Positions 12,100-23,193 of a stretch of DNA of 64,000 nucleotides are shown piece after piece. Each line of letters starts with the position of its first letter. Positions within the stretch are counted from its first letter, which is position 1. Origin of the DNA: Pristiophorus japonicus (taxonomy: Eukaryota); contig NC_091998.1 in NCBI RefSeq assembly GCF_044704955.1, positions 41,106,001 through 41,170,000 of the forward strand, written 5' to 3'. The notes under the pieces are model-generated. The model made no database searches and was not told the DNA's origin. It saw nothing but the letters and a program-made list of their open reading frames with translations. A program made the translations under genes and the position numbers.

Positions 12100-12672
12100 G
12101 GGCCGTTATTTACGGCCCCTGTGGACGCATATGTGGTGCGTACGCGCCCATAGGCCCAACTTCTGCCCAGCAAATGTCCGTGAAATTCTTACGCCTGGTA
12201 ATTAAAATAAAATTTGATCAATAATTTATACATTAAAAAATCTTTGAAATATGGTAAGTTTATTTTTAGCTCATTTAAAACATTATTTTTAAAAAATGTA
12301 ATTTTTATTTTAAGTATTTAATTAAATGCCATTTTAATTAATTTTAAATATGTGATGGTTTTTTAAAAATGTATTTGAAGTGTAGATGTATTTTTTGGGG
12401 TTATCCCAATCATACTTACAGGGTTTCCGTACATACAGAATTCCCATCAGCATGAATGGGGATCTGCTTCTTTCATTCATTGGGCCAGCGCACCTGATCC
12501 CAGGGATGCTTGCGCACAGTGTGCGCCCCTGCGATATGTGGACTTCTACCCGCGGGTACCCGGAGAGCCCCAGGACCGCAAATCTCCCTACCTCCTGGAC
12601 CACCAGGTAGGCGGGCATTTTATTTGCGAATCAGAGGCATTTCCCCGCGGGAAGCCTCCGAATTCAGGGCCA
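12100..12672. mobile_element. Probable degenerate Harbinger-type MITE
   Basis: GGGCC...GGGCC ends with CpG-rich subtermini and an AT-rich core; TIR match is weak. Confidence 0.45.
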
Positions 12673-12837
12673 ATAAATGGGGTTGTTGCTCTCCCAGGCA
12701 CGCTATCTCAGGTACTTTGCATACTCGCTCACACTTCGGATCAAAAGGTCTATGGGACTGGACCTTTTTGTGTTCAGTGTGAGAAATGTGTCTTGCAGGA
12801 GCTGTAACAGTCATAATACTCAGCCAAAGATGCTTAC

Positions 12838-12981
12838 TGGATAACATGTCCAACATTCACATGGAGGGATTTTGTACAGAGCTCTATACCGGTGAAAGAA
12901 TTCAACTTGTAAATCACGTTCCTGTTGCCAGGTGCTCCTTGTCTCCAGCCTGTGCCCACTCAGCCCACACAGAGCCAGAAG
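12838..12981 (-). pseudogene. Candidate 144-bp exon, death-domain-like
   Basis: Acceptor TTTTAATTCAATACGCAG, donor GTAAGC, phase 0-0 and open: LLALCGLSGHRLETRSTWQQERDLQVEFFHRYRALYKIPPCECWTCYP; QVEFFHRYR resembles QMADFFFIYR in the DD at 38.2 kb. Confidence 0.35.
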
Positions 12982-14182
12982 CTGCGTATTGAATTAAAAT
13001 GCAGAGACTGGACTAAATGAGAGGGACAGTACTCTATTAGTATAATAGGACAGAATTGATGTACTAAGCTGAGATTTCGAATTGATGGTGGAAAAAGCAC
13101 TGACAATCGTATCCCTGTGTTGGGGTAAAAAGGCTTCTCTTCTTCAAGGTGGATTTCCTGAAATAAGGAATCAACACCTGCCCTTATAACAATCACGGAA
13201 TCAAAACAGACGAAACCTTGGATTCACTTTACGATCTTTATTCAAGTATATGCAGTGGAAGCATCACAGTCTTAGCTGTCTAAGACAGGACCTTCACTGA
13301 GTGATGGCTTCACACACAGTTATACAGTTTCCGAGGTGTGAGGTCCTCGTGCACAATCATCTATGACCACCGGTTGGCCTACAACTTATCAGCGAAGCTA
13401 CATTGATTCGTTAACCCTTATCAGACTGGCTGCTGAGTGGTTTCACAGCATCTCCATTTGTCCATTGCATGTGGAGCTGACCTCAATCTATTGGAATGTG
13501 TTGTTCGACAGTTTTAACCTTGCGCTGGCTTTTCCAGCTTGTTCTGCACTTTTTAAAGATAAGCACACAAGCACGAGCTGCGCCCTTTAGCCTGATTTTA
13601 TGCCATACCCTTATTTTGGTTTTAAGTATACCTTTTACTCCCTTACACCTTGTATGATTCCAAATGTAGTGATTGGAGCAGCTTCTTTCCTTCGTTTTAA
13701 ATGTGTATGCCATTAAAAGTTGATTTACCCAAATTTCCTTAAGGCTTTTTAAGTAACAAGTGTCATCTGTTCTCTGGGGAAGGTGCCAATGCAATCACAA
13801 TCCTAAAGGTTGCCATTTGACTTTCATCATCATTAGTTTCACATTTAAATCCTTCTTCTTTCTCAGTTTGTGCCATTCATCTGGTGCATTTACATTAAAT
13901 TAAACTCAGGGCTGCCACCAATATGCTTCAATGAAGTTAGCAGCAGAAGTGCTTTCCCTTGAGAGAAAGACCTTGTCAATAGGACAACCTGATGTGGTAT
14001 AAACAAGAGCACCACAGTATGCTTTGCGTCACTTTTATTCCACAATGCCATCTGTTTGTTTTGTTGATAAATGATACTGAATAATGCATAGCCAAGAGCG
14101 ATTACAGAGCAATGATCTAAATTGAAGGATCCAGATAATAAGAGCAAAGCTTAATTAGTTTACCAACCCAAAGATTAGATTA

Positions 14183-16200
14183 CATAGAATGACATCAAAT
14201 TTAGACCACAGAAAAAAGCCATTCACCACAACAGGTCTGTGCCAGTGTTTATGCTCCAAATGTGCCTCCTCCCACTCTCTTTATCTCATCTCATCCTATC
14301 AGCATATCCTTCTATTCCTTTCTCCCACATTTACTTATTTTGCTTCCGCTTAAATGCATCCATGCCATTTGCCCCTACCACTCCCTGTGGCAGCGAGTTC
14401 CACATTCTCACTACTCTCTGAGTAAAGAAGCTTCTCCTGAATTCCTTATTGCATTTAATACTGACTATCTTATATTTATGGTCCCTAGTCTTGGACTCCC
14501 CACAAGTGGAAGCATCTTCTGTAGCCTATCGAACCCTTCAGAATTTGATCAGATCACCTGTCGTCTCTTTTGAAGAGAAAAGAGCCCCGACCTGCTCAGT
14601 CTTTCCTGATAGTTGTACCCTCTCAGTTCTGGTATCATCCTTTTAAATCTCTTTTCAACTTTCTCGGGTGCTTCAATATCCTTTTTATAATTTGGAGACC
14701 AGAAATGTCCACAGTATTCTAAGCGTGGTCTAAAATTCTATATAAGTTTAACATAACTTGTCTGCTTTTGAATTCTATTCCTCTAGAAATGAACCCAGTG
14801 CTATACATGTACTTTTTAAGACTTTGTTAACTTGTGTTGCTACATTTAATGATTTGTTTATCTGTATCCATAGATCTATTTGCGCCTCTACCTCATTTTA
14901 GATTCTTACAGAGCGAAATTGCGCAACGCCCAATTTGTGGGCGATAACAGCCGCGAGGCGGGAGTTCCTACGCCAGGGGCATAAGTCACGCACCACGACC
15001 TATATTTGTGTTACCGCCCCTGAGAGTAAGTGGAGAGCAAAATATCATGCTCCACTTGCTCTGTGGGGCATGAGCGAGGCAGAAGGACTCCTTGAAGGAC
15101 ACAGGGCTACGCGATGGGACGTGTAGCGCTGCCGCGTAGACAGGGCCCTCCCCTTCATTAAAGGAGAGAGCCAAGCTGCCGACTCTGCGGCCGGGAAACG
15201 GGGCCATGCCTGGACCACCAGGGAGCGGGGTGCCGTGGCAGCAACCCAGCACTCTGCTTTGTGCTGGACTGCAAGATCGCGGCACGGACACTGCGATCCA
15301 GTTTGAACTCAGCTCCTCCCCTTTAAATTTTGCCCCATGAGCGCCTCCTCAAGCTGTCGTTGGCATCGCCTGCCGCAGCTCCAGGGGCCGCTATTGAATT
15401 TTCACTCCGGGGTGAAAATGGGTCGCTGTGCACGCCGATGATGACATCATCGGCGGCGCAGTGGAGCGGGGTGCTACCGGTTGGAGCGGAGTGCTGCCGG
15501 TCATCTCCGCCACTAAACGCCCGCAGAACTTCGTGGGAGTTGTTAGCGGCACTGCACCCAGGCGAAAAATCATTTCCGCCCCATTAGCAGGGGTGCCAAT
15601 AGGTGGCAAATACCCCTAATTTCTCCGCCTTATTTTCCAAGGAGTAGGTGGCCTTCTATCAAAATGCGCCATCTCACACTTATCTGTACTGAAATTCATT
15701 TGCCATTTACACGCCCATTCTGCACATTTGTTAAAAGTCTTTTTGTATTTGGTCACAGTATAAACCATACTCCTCAATTTGGTGTCATCTGCAAATTTTG
15801 ATATTGTACTTCCTATTCCTAAATCCAAATAATTTATGTGGTCCCAGCGCCGATCCTTATGTAAAACCACTACCTGCCTTCTGCCAGTCTGAGTAACTAC
15901 CTTTAACCCATATATTGTTTTCTGTTTTGTCATCAGCTTGCTATCCATTCTGCTACATATTCCCTGATTCCACATGCTCTGACCTTAGTCATGAGTCGAC
16001 TATTCAGTAGCTTACCAAAAGCCTTTTGAAAGTTTATATATATATCACATCCACTGCATTACCCTTGTCTACTCTTTCTATTACATCTTCAAAGAATTGA
16101 GTAAGGTTGATAAAGCTGTTGAAATCCGTGCTGGCTATTATTTGTTATATTTTTGGTTTCTTTAAGTAAAGATTCCAATATCTTTCTGACGTTAAGCGAA
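14183..16200 (-). mobile_element. Old, degraded CR1 3' region split by a MITE
   Basis: STISKFADDTKL and KCAEWACKWQMNFSTDKC; CR1-type 3' sequence at ~14.2-14.9 kb. Confidence 0.8.
14910..15628. mobile_element. GC-rich Harbinger-type MITE
   Basis: GC-rich insert interrupting the CR1; ends GCGAAATTG... / ...TAATTTCTCCGCC; internal CCCTTCATTAAAGG and GATGACATCATCG motifs are shared with the 16.4 and 27.7 kb elements. Confidence 0.65.
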
Positions 16201-16419
16201 CATATCTACAGTTGGTCAAAATGCGAATCTTCAGAGCCAGTTTTTAGTGGACGACCATTTTGTTTTTGAGATAGGTTCCATCTCCAAAAATGGACAACTG
16301 GGTCGAGGAGCCAGAAGAAGGAACAACAAAGGGAAATGTTTAAAGTCACTTTAAAAAGAAATAAAGAAAATAAGGTAAAGGTATAATAAATAAAAAGACA
16401 GTAAGGGGGATCGGGGTGG

Positions 16420-16905
16420 GGGGGGGGAAATTACCCTCTGCCCCGTTTCGAGGAGCTAATTCGAATTATTTGAATTATTACTGCCCGGCGGGAGGCAGGG
16501 AAAAGAACCGTGAATTTGGGCTCTTTAAATCAAAAAATGACTCCCAGCGTTGTTGGAGGCGGTAGCGGGGAGGGGTCGGGGCGGGAGCAGGGCATTGACC
16601 ATCAGCGATGGGAACGTGCCGTGTCACGCCGGCGCATCACAAAGTCTCTCCCCTTCACTTAAAGAGGAAGGACGCTGTGAGGCCTAGTGAGGCCTCCATG
16701 GTGTCCACTGGGCCACCAGGGAGGGGTTCGGCCGGGCCGACAATTAGGCTGCAGCACCCAGCCACCGGCAGTCTCGCGCCCCGTGGGGCGCAAAAGGGGT
16801 CGGTGCACCGGGAAGAATGAGGCGCAGTGGAAACGGGCCCCGGGCGGGAAGGTCTTATCGCCCCGTTACTGAGAGGCCTTAAAAAAAAAGAGCAATTTTG
16901 GCCCC
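16420..16905. mobile_element. GC-rich Harbinger-type MITE
   Basis: Ends GGGGGGGAAATTACCC / GAGCAATTTTGGCCCC. Confidence 0.7.
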
Positions 16906-17487
16906 ATAAAGTTTAAATAGTAAAAATAAAAGTGGGAGAATGAGGAACAGAGAATAAAGAGGAGAGAGTTTGGGATGACTAAAGGGCAGGTGAAACAGAA
17001 TTAAATGCCCTACATTTTTTGTGCTTTCTTCCTTGAACCTTAAAAAAATGACTGTGCAAGAGAGATGAGAATCTGTGGACCAACTGACAGTCTAAATGTG
17101 ATTTTATTTTTAAGAAGGGGTAAGGCAACAGACAACGAAAAAGAAAACAAGATAGAAAAGGGTGCCAAAGAGGACATGCAGCACCAGATGGCATACAAGT
17201 TGTCGGCCATGGACACAACCCAGCAGTCAATGGGAAATGAAAGCATACAGAAGAAGCTACATCCGCCTTGCCCAACTTAGATGATCTGTCTTTTTCTGGT
17301 TCAGTGACCACACATTTACACAGTGACGTTTGGCAACCATGGGATCTTTGATGTCACCAGTGTGTCACCATACATATAACTGCCACCGAAATTCATCAAA
17401 CACACAAGGACAGTTTGCAAATGTGAAAAGAGTTTCTGGTATGGATAAACGCAGAAATCACAGCTTTCTGTTGCAAAGAAATACATA

Positions 17488-17574
17488 GAAACATAGAAAA
17501 TAGGTGCAGGAGTAGGCCATTCGGCCCTTCGAGCCTGCACCGCCATTCAATGAATTCATGGCTGAACATGAAAC
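17488..17574 (-). mobile_element. Very short CR1 3' end with TSD
   Basis: (TTTCTATG)n tail; flanked by TACATA at 17482-17487 and 17575-17580. Confidence 0.85.
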
Positions 17575-17634
17575 TACATATTAGGAAAGCACAGTTTACT
17601 TTTAAAATAAATAATTCAGCCTCCCTTCCCTTTC

Positions 17635-17823
17635 AGTCATTGAATATATTCAAGGCTGAGATAGACTGATTCTTGAACTATAGGGGAGTCAAGGGTTATG
17701 GGGAGCAGGCAGAAAAGTGAAGTTGAGGCTAAGATCAGATCAGCCATGATCTTATTGAATGGCGGAGCAGGCTCGAGGGGCCGTATGGCCTACTTCTGCT
17801 CCTATTTCTTATGTTCTTATGTT
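17635..17823 (+). mobile_element. CR1 3' end
   Basis: GATCAGCCATGATCTTATTGAATGGCGGAGCAGG...TTCTTATGTTCTTATG. Confidence 0.9.
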
Positions 17824-17912
17824 AAGCTGATTGCGATTTGCACGCAGAAATCATTGCAGAAATTTTCCTTTCATCGACATCTTTTTGCAGGTTTAGCTGC
17901 ACCATCAGGATG

Positions 17913-18482
17913 TACATGAGGCCTCATCTGGAATATTGTGTTCAGTTTTGGTCTCCTAATCTGAGGAAGGATGTTGCTATTGAGGGAGTGCAGCGAAGGT
18001 TCACCAGACTGATACCCGGGATGGCAGGATTGACATATGAGGAGAGACTGGATCAACTGGGCCTTTATACCCTGGAGTTTAGAAGGATGAGAGGGGATCG
18101 CATAGAAACTTACAAGATTCTGACGGGACTGGACAGGTTAGATGCGGGAAGAATGTTTCCGATGTTGGGGAAGTCCAGAACCAGGGGACACAGTCTTAGG
18201 ATAAGGGGTAGGCCATTTAGGACTGAGACGAGGAGAAACTTCTTCACTCAGAGAGTTGTTAACCTGTGGAATTCCCTGCCGCAGAGAGTTGTTGATGTCA
18301 GTTCATTGGATATATTCAAGAGGGAGTTAGATATGGCCCTTACGGCTAAAGAGATCAAGGGGTATGGAGAGATAGCAGGAAAGGGGTACTGAGGGAATGG
18401 TCAGCCATGATCTTATTGAATGGTGGTGCAGGCTCGAAGGGCCGAATGGCCTACTCCAGCACCTATTTTCTATGATTCTATG
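17913..18482 (+). mobile_element. CR1 3' fragment
   Basis: RPHLEYCVQFWSP...NLWNSLP; TTTCTATG-type tail. Confidence 0.95.
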
Positions 18483-19441
18483 ATGCCACTGTCACAGAGG
18501 CAGGTTTATATCACTTAAGACGCTTTTGCACCTTTTCAGTGCGTTACTTTCTTGCTTTTACACTCACTACCAACCAGGACTGCTTACAGGCTCCTTCTCT
18601 AATCCATTCTGTCCCAGGACCTCAACATTTTGGGATCTTCTCAGTCTAGACCTCCTCCTACAACCTTTTTGGCTTTTAAAATCCAAGCCTCGTGTCAATC
18701 AATCCTCTCTTCCTCCTTGATTTTGTTTTCTCTTTCAGCCTTTTCCACCTTGGTGGTGTCCTGCACTCTGAGCAGTGGCACTTCATTGGCTGATATGTGA
18801 AGCCTTATTTACATGAAGTCAATATTGTTCAGTTTCTCAATTTAACACAGAGACTGAAGTGCTTTCTGCCCCTACAGCACAGTATGGAATATGGCAACAT
18901 GTTCTGGCTGCGTAAATCAGTTTAAATACATATAGGGCATCATAAGTCATGTTGCTCAAATTTGACCCTGGTGGTTGTTGAAAACTCATGAAGGACAAAA
19001 ATTGAAGTGGAATGCAAGTATTTTCTGCCTGAAATGCACAGCATGAGTTCTGGTACCGCTTTACACCTCCGTGTGGTGCTTGGTAGAAATGCCTCCACAT
19101 TCAGCATTCTATGGAAATTGGCAGTGTACTGTGCTTATACACAGTGGGATGAAGTCTAGCAGCGTTTTTCTTTTGCCGATTGTGTGGGGTTTGGACAAGC
19201 CTTCAGGCCATGCAATATGTACGGCGAAATTTTTATCGGCATTGTTCTGTTACAGGTCTGATAATGCTTTTCTTCCCAGTGAGAACCACATGGAGTCTAA
19301 GAAAGGATTCTGTTCATACGTCATCCTAAGCGAGCTGGAAATATTTTCGATTAATATGGTGTAAAGGTGGCTGTAAATTTTTGTTTTGTAGGAATGTGGA
19401 CTTCTCAATCAATTTATCACACACTTATTTTTCAGGACACA

Positions 19442-20228
19442 TAGAAACATAGAAACATAGAAAATAGGTGCAGGAGTAGGCCATTCGGCCCTTCTAGCCT
19501 GCACCGCCATTCAATGAGTTCATGGCTGAACATTCAACTTCAGTACCCCATTCCTGCTTTCTCGCCATACCCCTTGATCCCCCTAGTAGTAAGGACTTCA
19601 TCTAACTCCTTTTTGAATATATTTAGTGAATTGGCTTCAACAACTTTCTGTGGTAGAGAATTCCACAGGTTCACCACTCTCTGGGTGAAGAAGTTCCTCC
19701 GCATCTCGGTCCTAAATGGCTTACCCCTTATCCTTAGACTGTGACCTCTGGTTCTGGACTTCCCCAACATTGGGAACATTCTTCCTGCATCTAACCTGTC
19801 TAACCCCGTCAGAATTTTAAATATTTCTATGAGGTCCCCTCTCATTCTTCTGAACTCCAGTGAATACAAGCCCAGTTGATCCAGTCTTTCTTGATAGGTC
19901 AGTCCCGCCATCCCGGGAATCAGTCTGGTGAATCTTCGCTGCACTCCCTCAATAGCAAGAATGTCCTTCCTCAGGTTAGGAGACCAAAACTGTACACAAT
20001 ACTCCAGGTGTGGCCTCACCAATGCCCTGTACAACTGTAGCAACACCTCCCTGCCCCTGTACTCAAATCCCCTTGCTATGAAGGCCAACATGCCATTTGC
20101 TTTCTTAACCGCCTGCTGCACCTGCATGCCAACCTTCAATGACTGATGTACCATGACACCCAGGTCTCTTTGCACCTCCCCTTTTCCTAATCTGTCACCA
20201 TTCAGATAATAGTCTGTCTCTCTGTTTT
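19442..20228 (-). mobile_element. Young CR1 3' fragment with uninterrupted ORF2 C-terminus and TSD
   Basis: 231-aa open frame; (TTTCTATG)3 tail; GACACA duplicated at 19436-19441 and 20229-20234. Confidence 0.97.
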
Positions 20229-20986
20229 GACACAAAGAACTGCATCTGGTTAATGGCCAGCTGTTATTGCAATTATTATCTACATCTTTTATTATTCATT
20301 AAAAATTGGCCATGCATGTCATGAAATGAGTTTTAAAAGAGGCAGAAAACAAGGCAAGGAGTAACAGCGGTGTTGGCTTCCGTAATACTGCTGTACCGAG
20401 TTTTCTATCCTGTTCAATCAGTACTATACTCTTGTTCTGGCTCTGAATGGTCGGCGACAGCATATTCAAATCCCGTAAGGAGTTGTTAATGATTTCATGC
20501 TGACAGGTGAAGCTTTCCACTGGGGAAAATAAATGTCCCTATGGTACACTGCACTTATCAATTGGCATGAGGCTGCACTTTCACAAAAGTGGTTTTCAAC
20601 ATAAAATCATCTGATCTAGTGAATGACAGATTCAAAAGGCTGAGGGACTTGCATCTGTCGACATATGAACATGCAAAACTGATGGACAGGAAATATCAGC
20701 TGGTCCATCGAGCCTGTCCCACTCAGTCATGCTGCAATTAAGCATCATGACCCGTGTTCCCCTCCCACCAACAGCTATGCAATCTCCTGGGAGTTAGATT
20801 TTAAAAAATGCTAGACCAATTCAGGGAGAAAATTAAGTCTTGGAAATTCTTTTCTGAACCCCGAAGGTAATGAAAACGAGTTCCAATAGACCACAGTGAT
20901 TATGAGGATAATCACCCAACAACCTATCTACCCTTTGTACACAATAATACCAGCCTTAGTCAGGAACTCAATCAGGAAATCTGCCG

Positions 20987-21245
20987 TCCTTACCCGGTCT
21001 GGCCTATGTGTGACTCCAGTCCCACAGCAATGTGGTTGACTCTTAATTGCCCTCTGAAATGGCCTAGCAAGCCATTCGTTGAACCAAACCACTACAACAA
21101 AGTCAGCACTGTGGGAGTGCCTTCACCACAAGGACTGCAGCAGTTCAAGAAGGTGGCTCACCACCATCTTCTCATGGGAAATTAGGGATGGGCAATAAAT
21201 GCCGGCCTTGCCAACGATTCCCACATCCTGTGGACAAATAAGTAA
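20987..21245 (+). mobile_element. 3' fragments of a second LINE-like family (GGGCAATAAATGC...CACATCC end)
   Basis: The ~21100-21245 part recurs at ~22783, ~40430, ~53660 and ~57405. Confidence 0.65.
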
Positions 21246-21897
21246 ATTAACCCTCCTCCTACGAGAATGCAATGGATTCATTAACCTGCCAAGGAATCTC
21301 CCTCCAATCTCATAGGACTCTATCTTATAAAGAAGCCAAGTGACAACATGATCTTGAAGAGACCACATATCCTCAGAATAGCACTGCTTAACATTTACAA
21401 AATATTCCCATGAATGTGCATACTCACAAACTTGGCATTAACACCAAATGTAAGGGGCCATGCAGGGCCAAACAAAATGAAAGGGAAGTTTGCTGTGACA
21501 CAAGAGAGGAAGTGCAAATGATATTCTGTGCCTGCAGCCCCAAGATGTTCTGTCTAGAGGGATATGGGAAAGCAGGCAGGGATGTGCGGATACTACAGTC
21601 ACAATCTGGAAAGCTGGAGGAATAGGAGGAGCAATGATGAATTGTAAGCAAGAGAAAGAGGAGTCACCCACGCTTTCGCCGTCCGGTTCTGGAATCAGTT
21701 TAAGCCTGTGATCACCATCGAACTAATGCATTGTAATAACTGAATGGTAGTACAGGCTTGACGGGCTAGATGTCCTACTCCTGTTCCTATGACCTGATGT
21801 TCCTATGTTCTTTAACAGCTAATTCTCAGGATTCGGTTATCAACTTAAATTTACTTAAATTTTGATTACTTATAAATGTTCTTTTCTAACGCAAGTG

Positions 21898-22782
21898 TGT
21901 CCTCCACCAACCTGACCCCGCCACACAGCACTGCTCCCTGGTTATCAAAATTCACGGCGAGGCCTTGGACAATGTGGTCCATTTTCCATACCTCGGGAGC
22001 CTACTGTCAGCAAGGGCAGACGTCGATGACGAGGTCCAAAACCGCCTCCAGTGTGCCAGCGCAGCCTTCGGTTGCCTGAGGAAAAGAGTGTTTGAAGACC
22101 AGGATCTCAAATCTGGCACCAAGATTATGATCTACAGGGCAGTGGTGATACCCGCCCTCCTATATGGCTCAGAGACGTAGACTATATACAGCAGACATCT
22201 TAAAGTGCTGGGCACGCCTCCGCAAGATCCTGCAAATCCATTAGGAGGATAGGTGCACATAAGTCAGTGTTCTCGCCCAGGCCAACATCCCCAGAATCGA
22301 AGCACTGACCACACTTGATCAGCTTCGTTGGGCAGGACACATTGTCTGCATGCCCGACACGAGACTCCCAAAGCAAGCGCTCTACTCAGAGCTTCGTCAC
22401 GGCAAGCGAGCCCCAGGTGGCAGAGGAAACGCTTCAAGGACACCCTCAAAGCCTCCTTGACAAAGTGCAACATCCCCACCGACACCTGGGAATCCCTGGC
22501 CCAAGACCACCCAAAGTGGAGGAAGAGCATCTGGGAGGGTGCTGAGCATCTCGAGTCTCGTCGCCGAGAGCATGCAGAAACCAAGCGCAAACAGCAGAAG
22601 GAGCGTGCGGCAAACCAGACTCCCCACCCATCCTTTCCTTCAACCACTGTTTGTCCCACAGTGTGACAGAGACTGTAGGTCCTGCATTGGACTCTTCAGC
22701 CACCTGAGAACTCACTTTTAGAGTGGAAGCAAGTCATCCTCGACTCCGAGGGACTGCCTATGATGATGATGATGATGATGAT
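21898..22782 (+). mobile_element. RTE-clade LINE 3' fragment
   Basis: FPYLGS, VVIPALLYGSET, C-terminal CPxCxR...IGLFSHLRTH zinc finger; (GAT)n tail. Confidence 0.92.
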
Positions 22783-23040
22783 GGGAACACAATCACCTGC
22801 AAGTTCCCATCCAAGTCACACACCATCCTGACTTGTAAATATATCGCCGTTCCTTCATCGTCGCTGGGTCAAAATCCTGGTACTTCCTCCCTAACAGCAC
22901 TGTGGGAGTACCTTCACACACAGACTGCAGCAGTTCAAGAAGGCGGCTCACCACTACCTTCTCAAGGGCTATTAGGGATGGACAATAAATGTCGGCCTTG
23001 TCAGAAATGCCTTCCTCCCAGAACAATTTTTAAAAATGTT
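22783..23040 (+). mobile_element. 3' fragment of the second LINE-like family
   Basis: ACCTGCAAGTTCCC...CAGCACTGTGGG...GGACAATAAATG; multi-copy within the window. Confidence 0.7.
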
Positions 23041-23193
23041 TTCTAAACGTTTTGCTGTGTGACTCTTTTCTATTCTTCCAAAAGTAGTATGTAGCAGGAG
23101 CTAGTTTTATTTTCATTGGCCATGATACCATTGAGAGGCCGTGTGACTTTGGATCCCAAAGACTATTAATTCAGCATGCACAGCCATGAATTT

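Noticed and set aside
13196-13440. Possible LTR-like segment
   Set aside because: No TG...CA ends or TSD could be established
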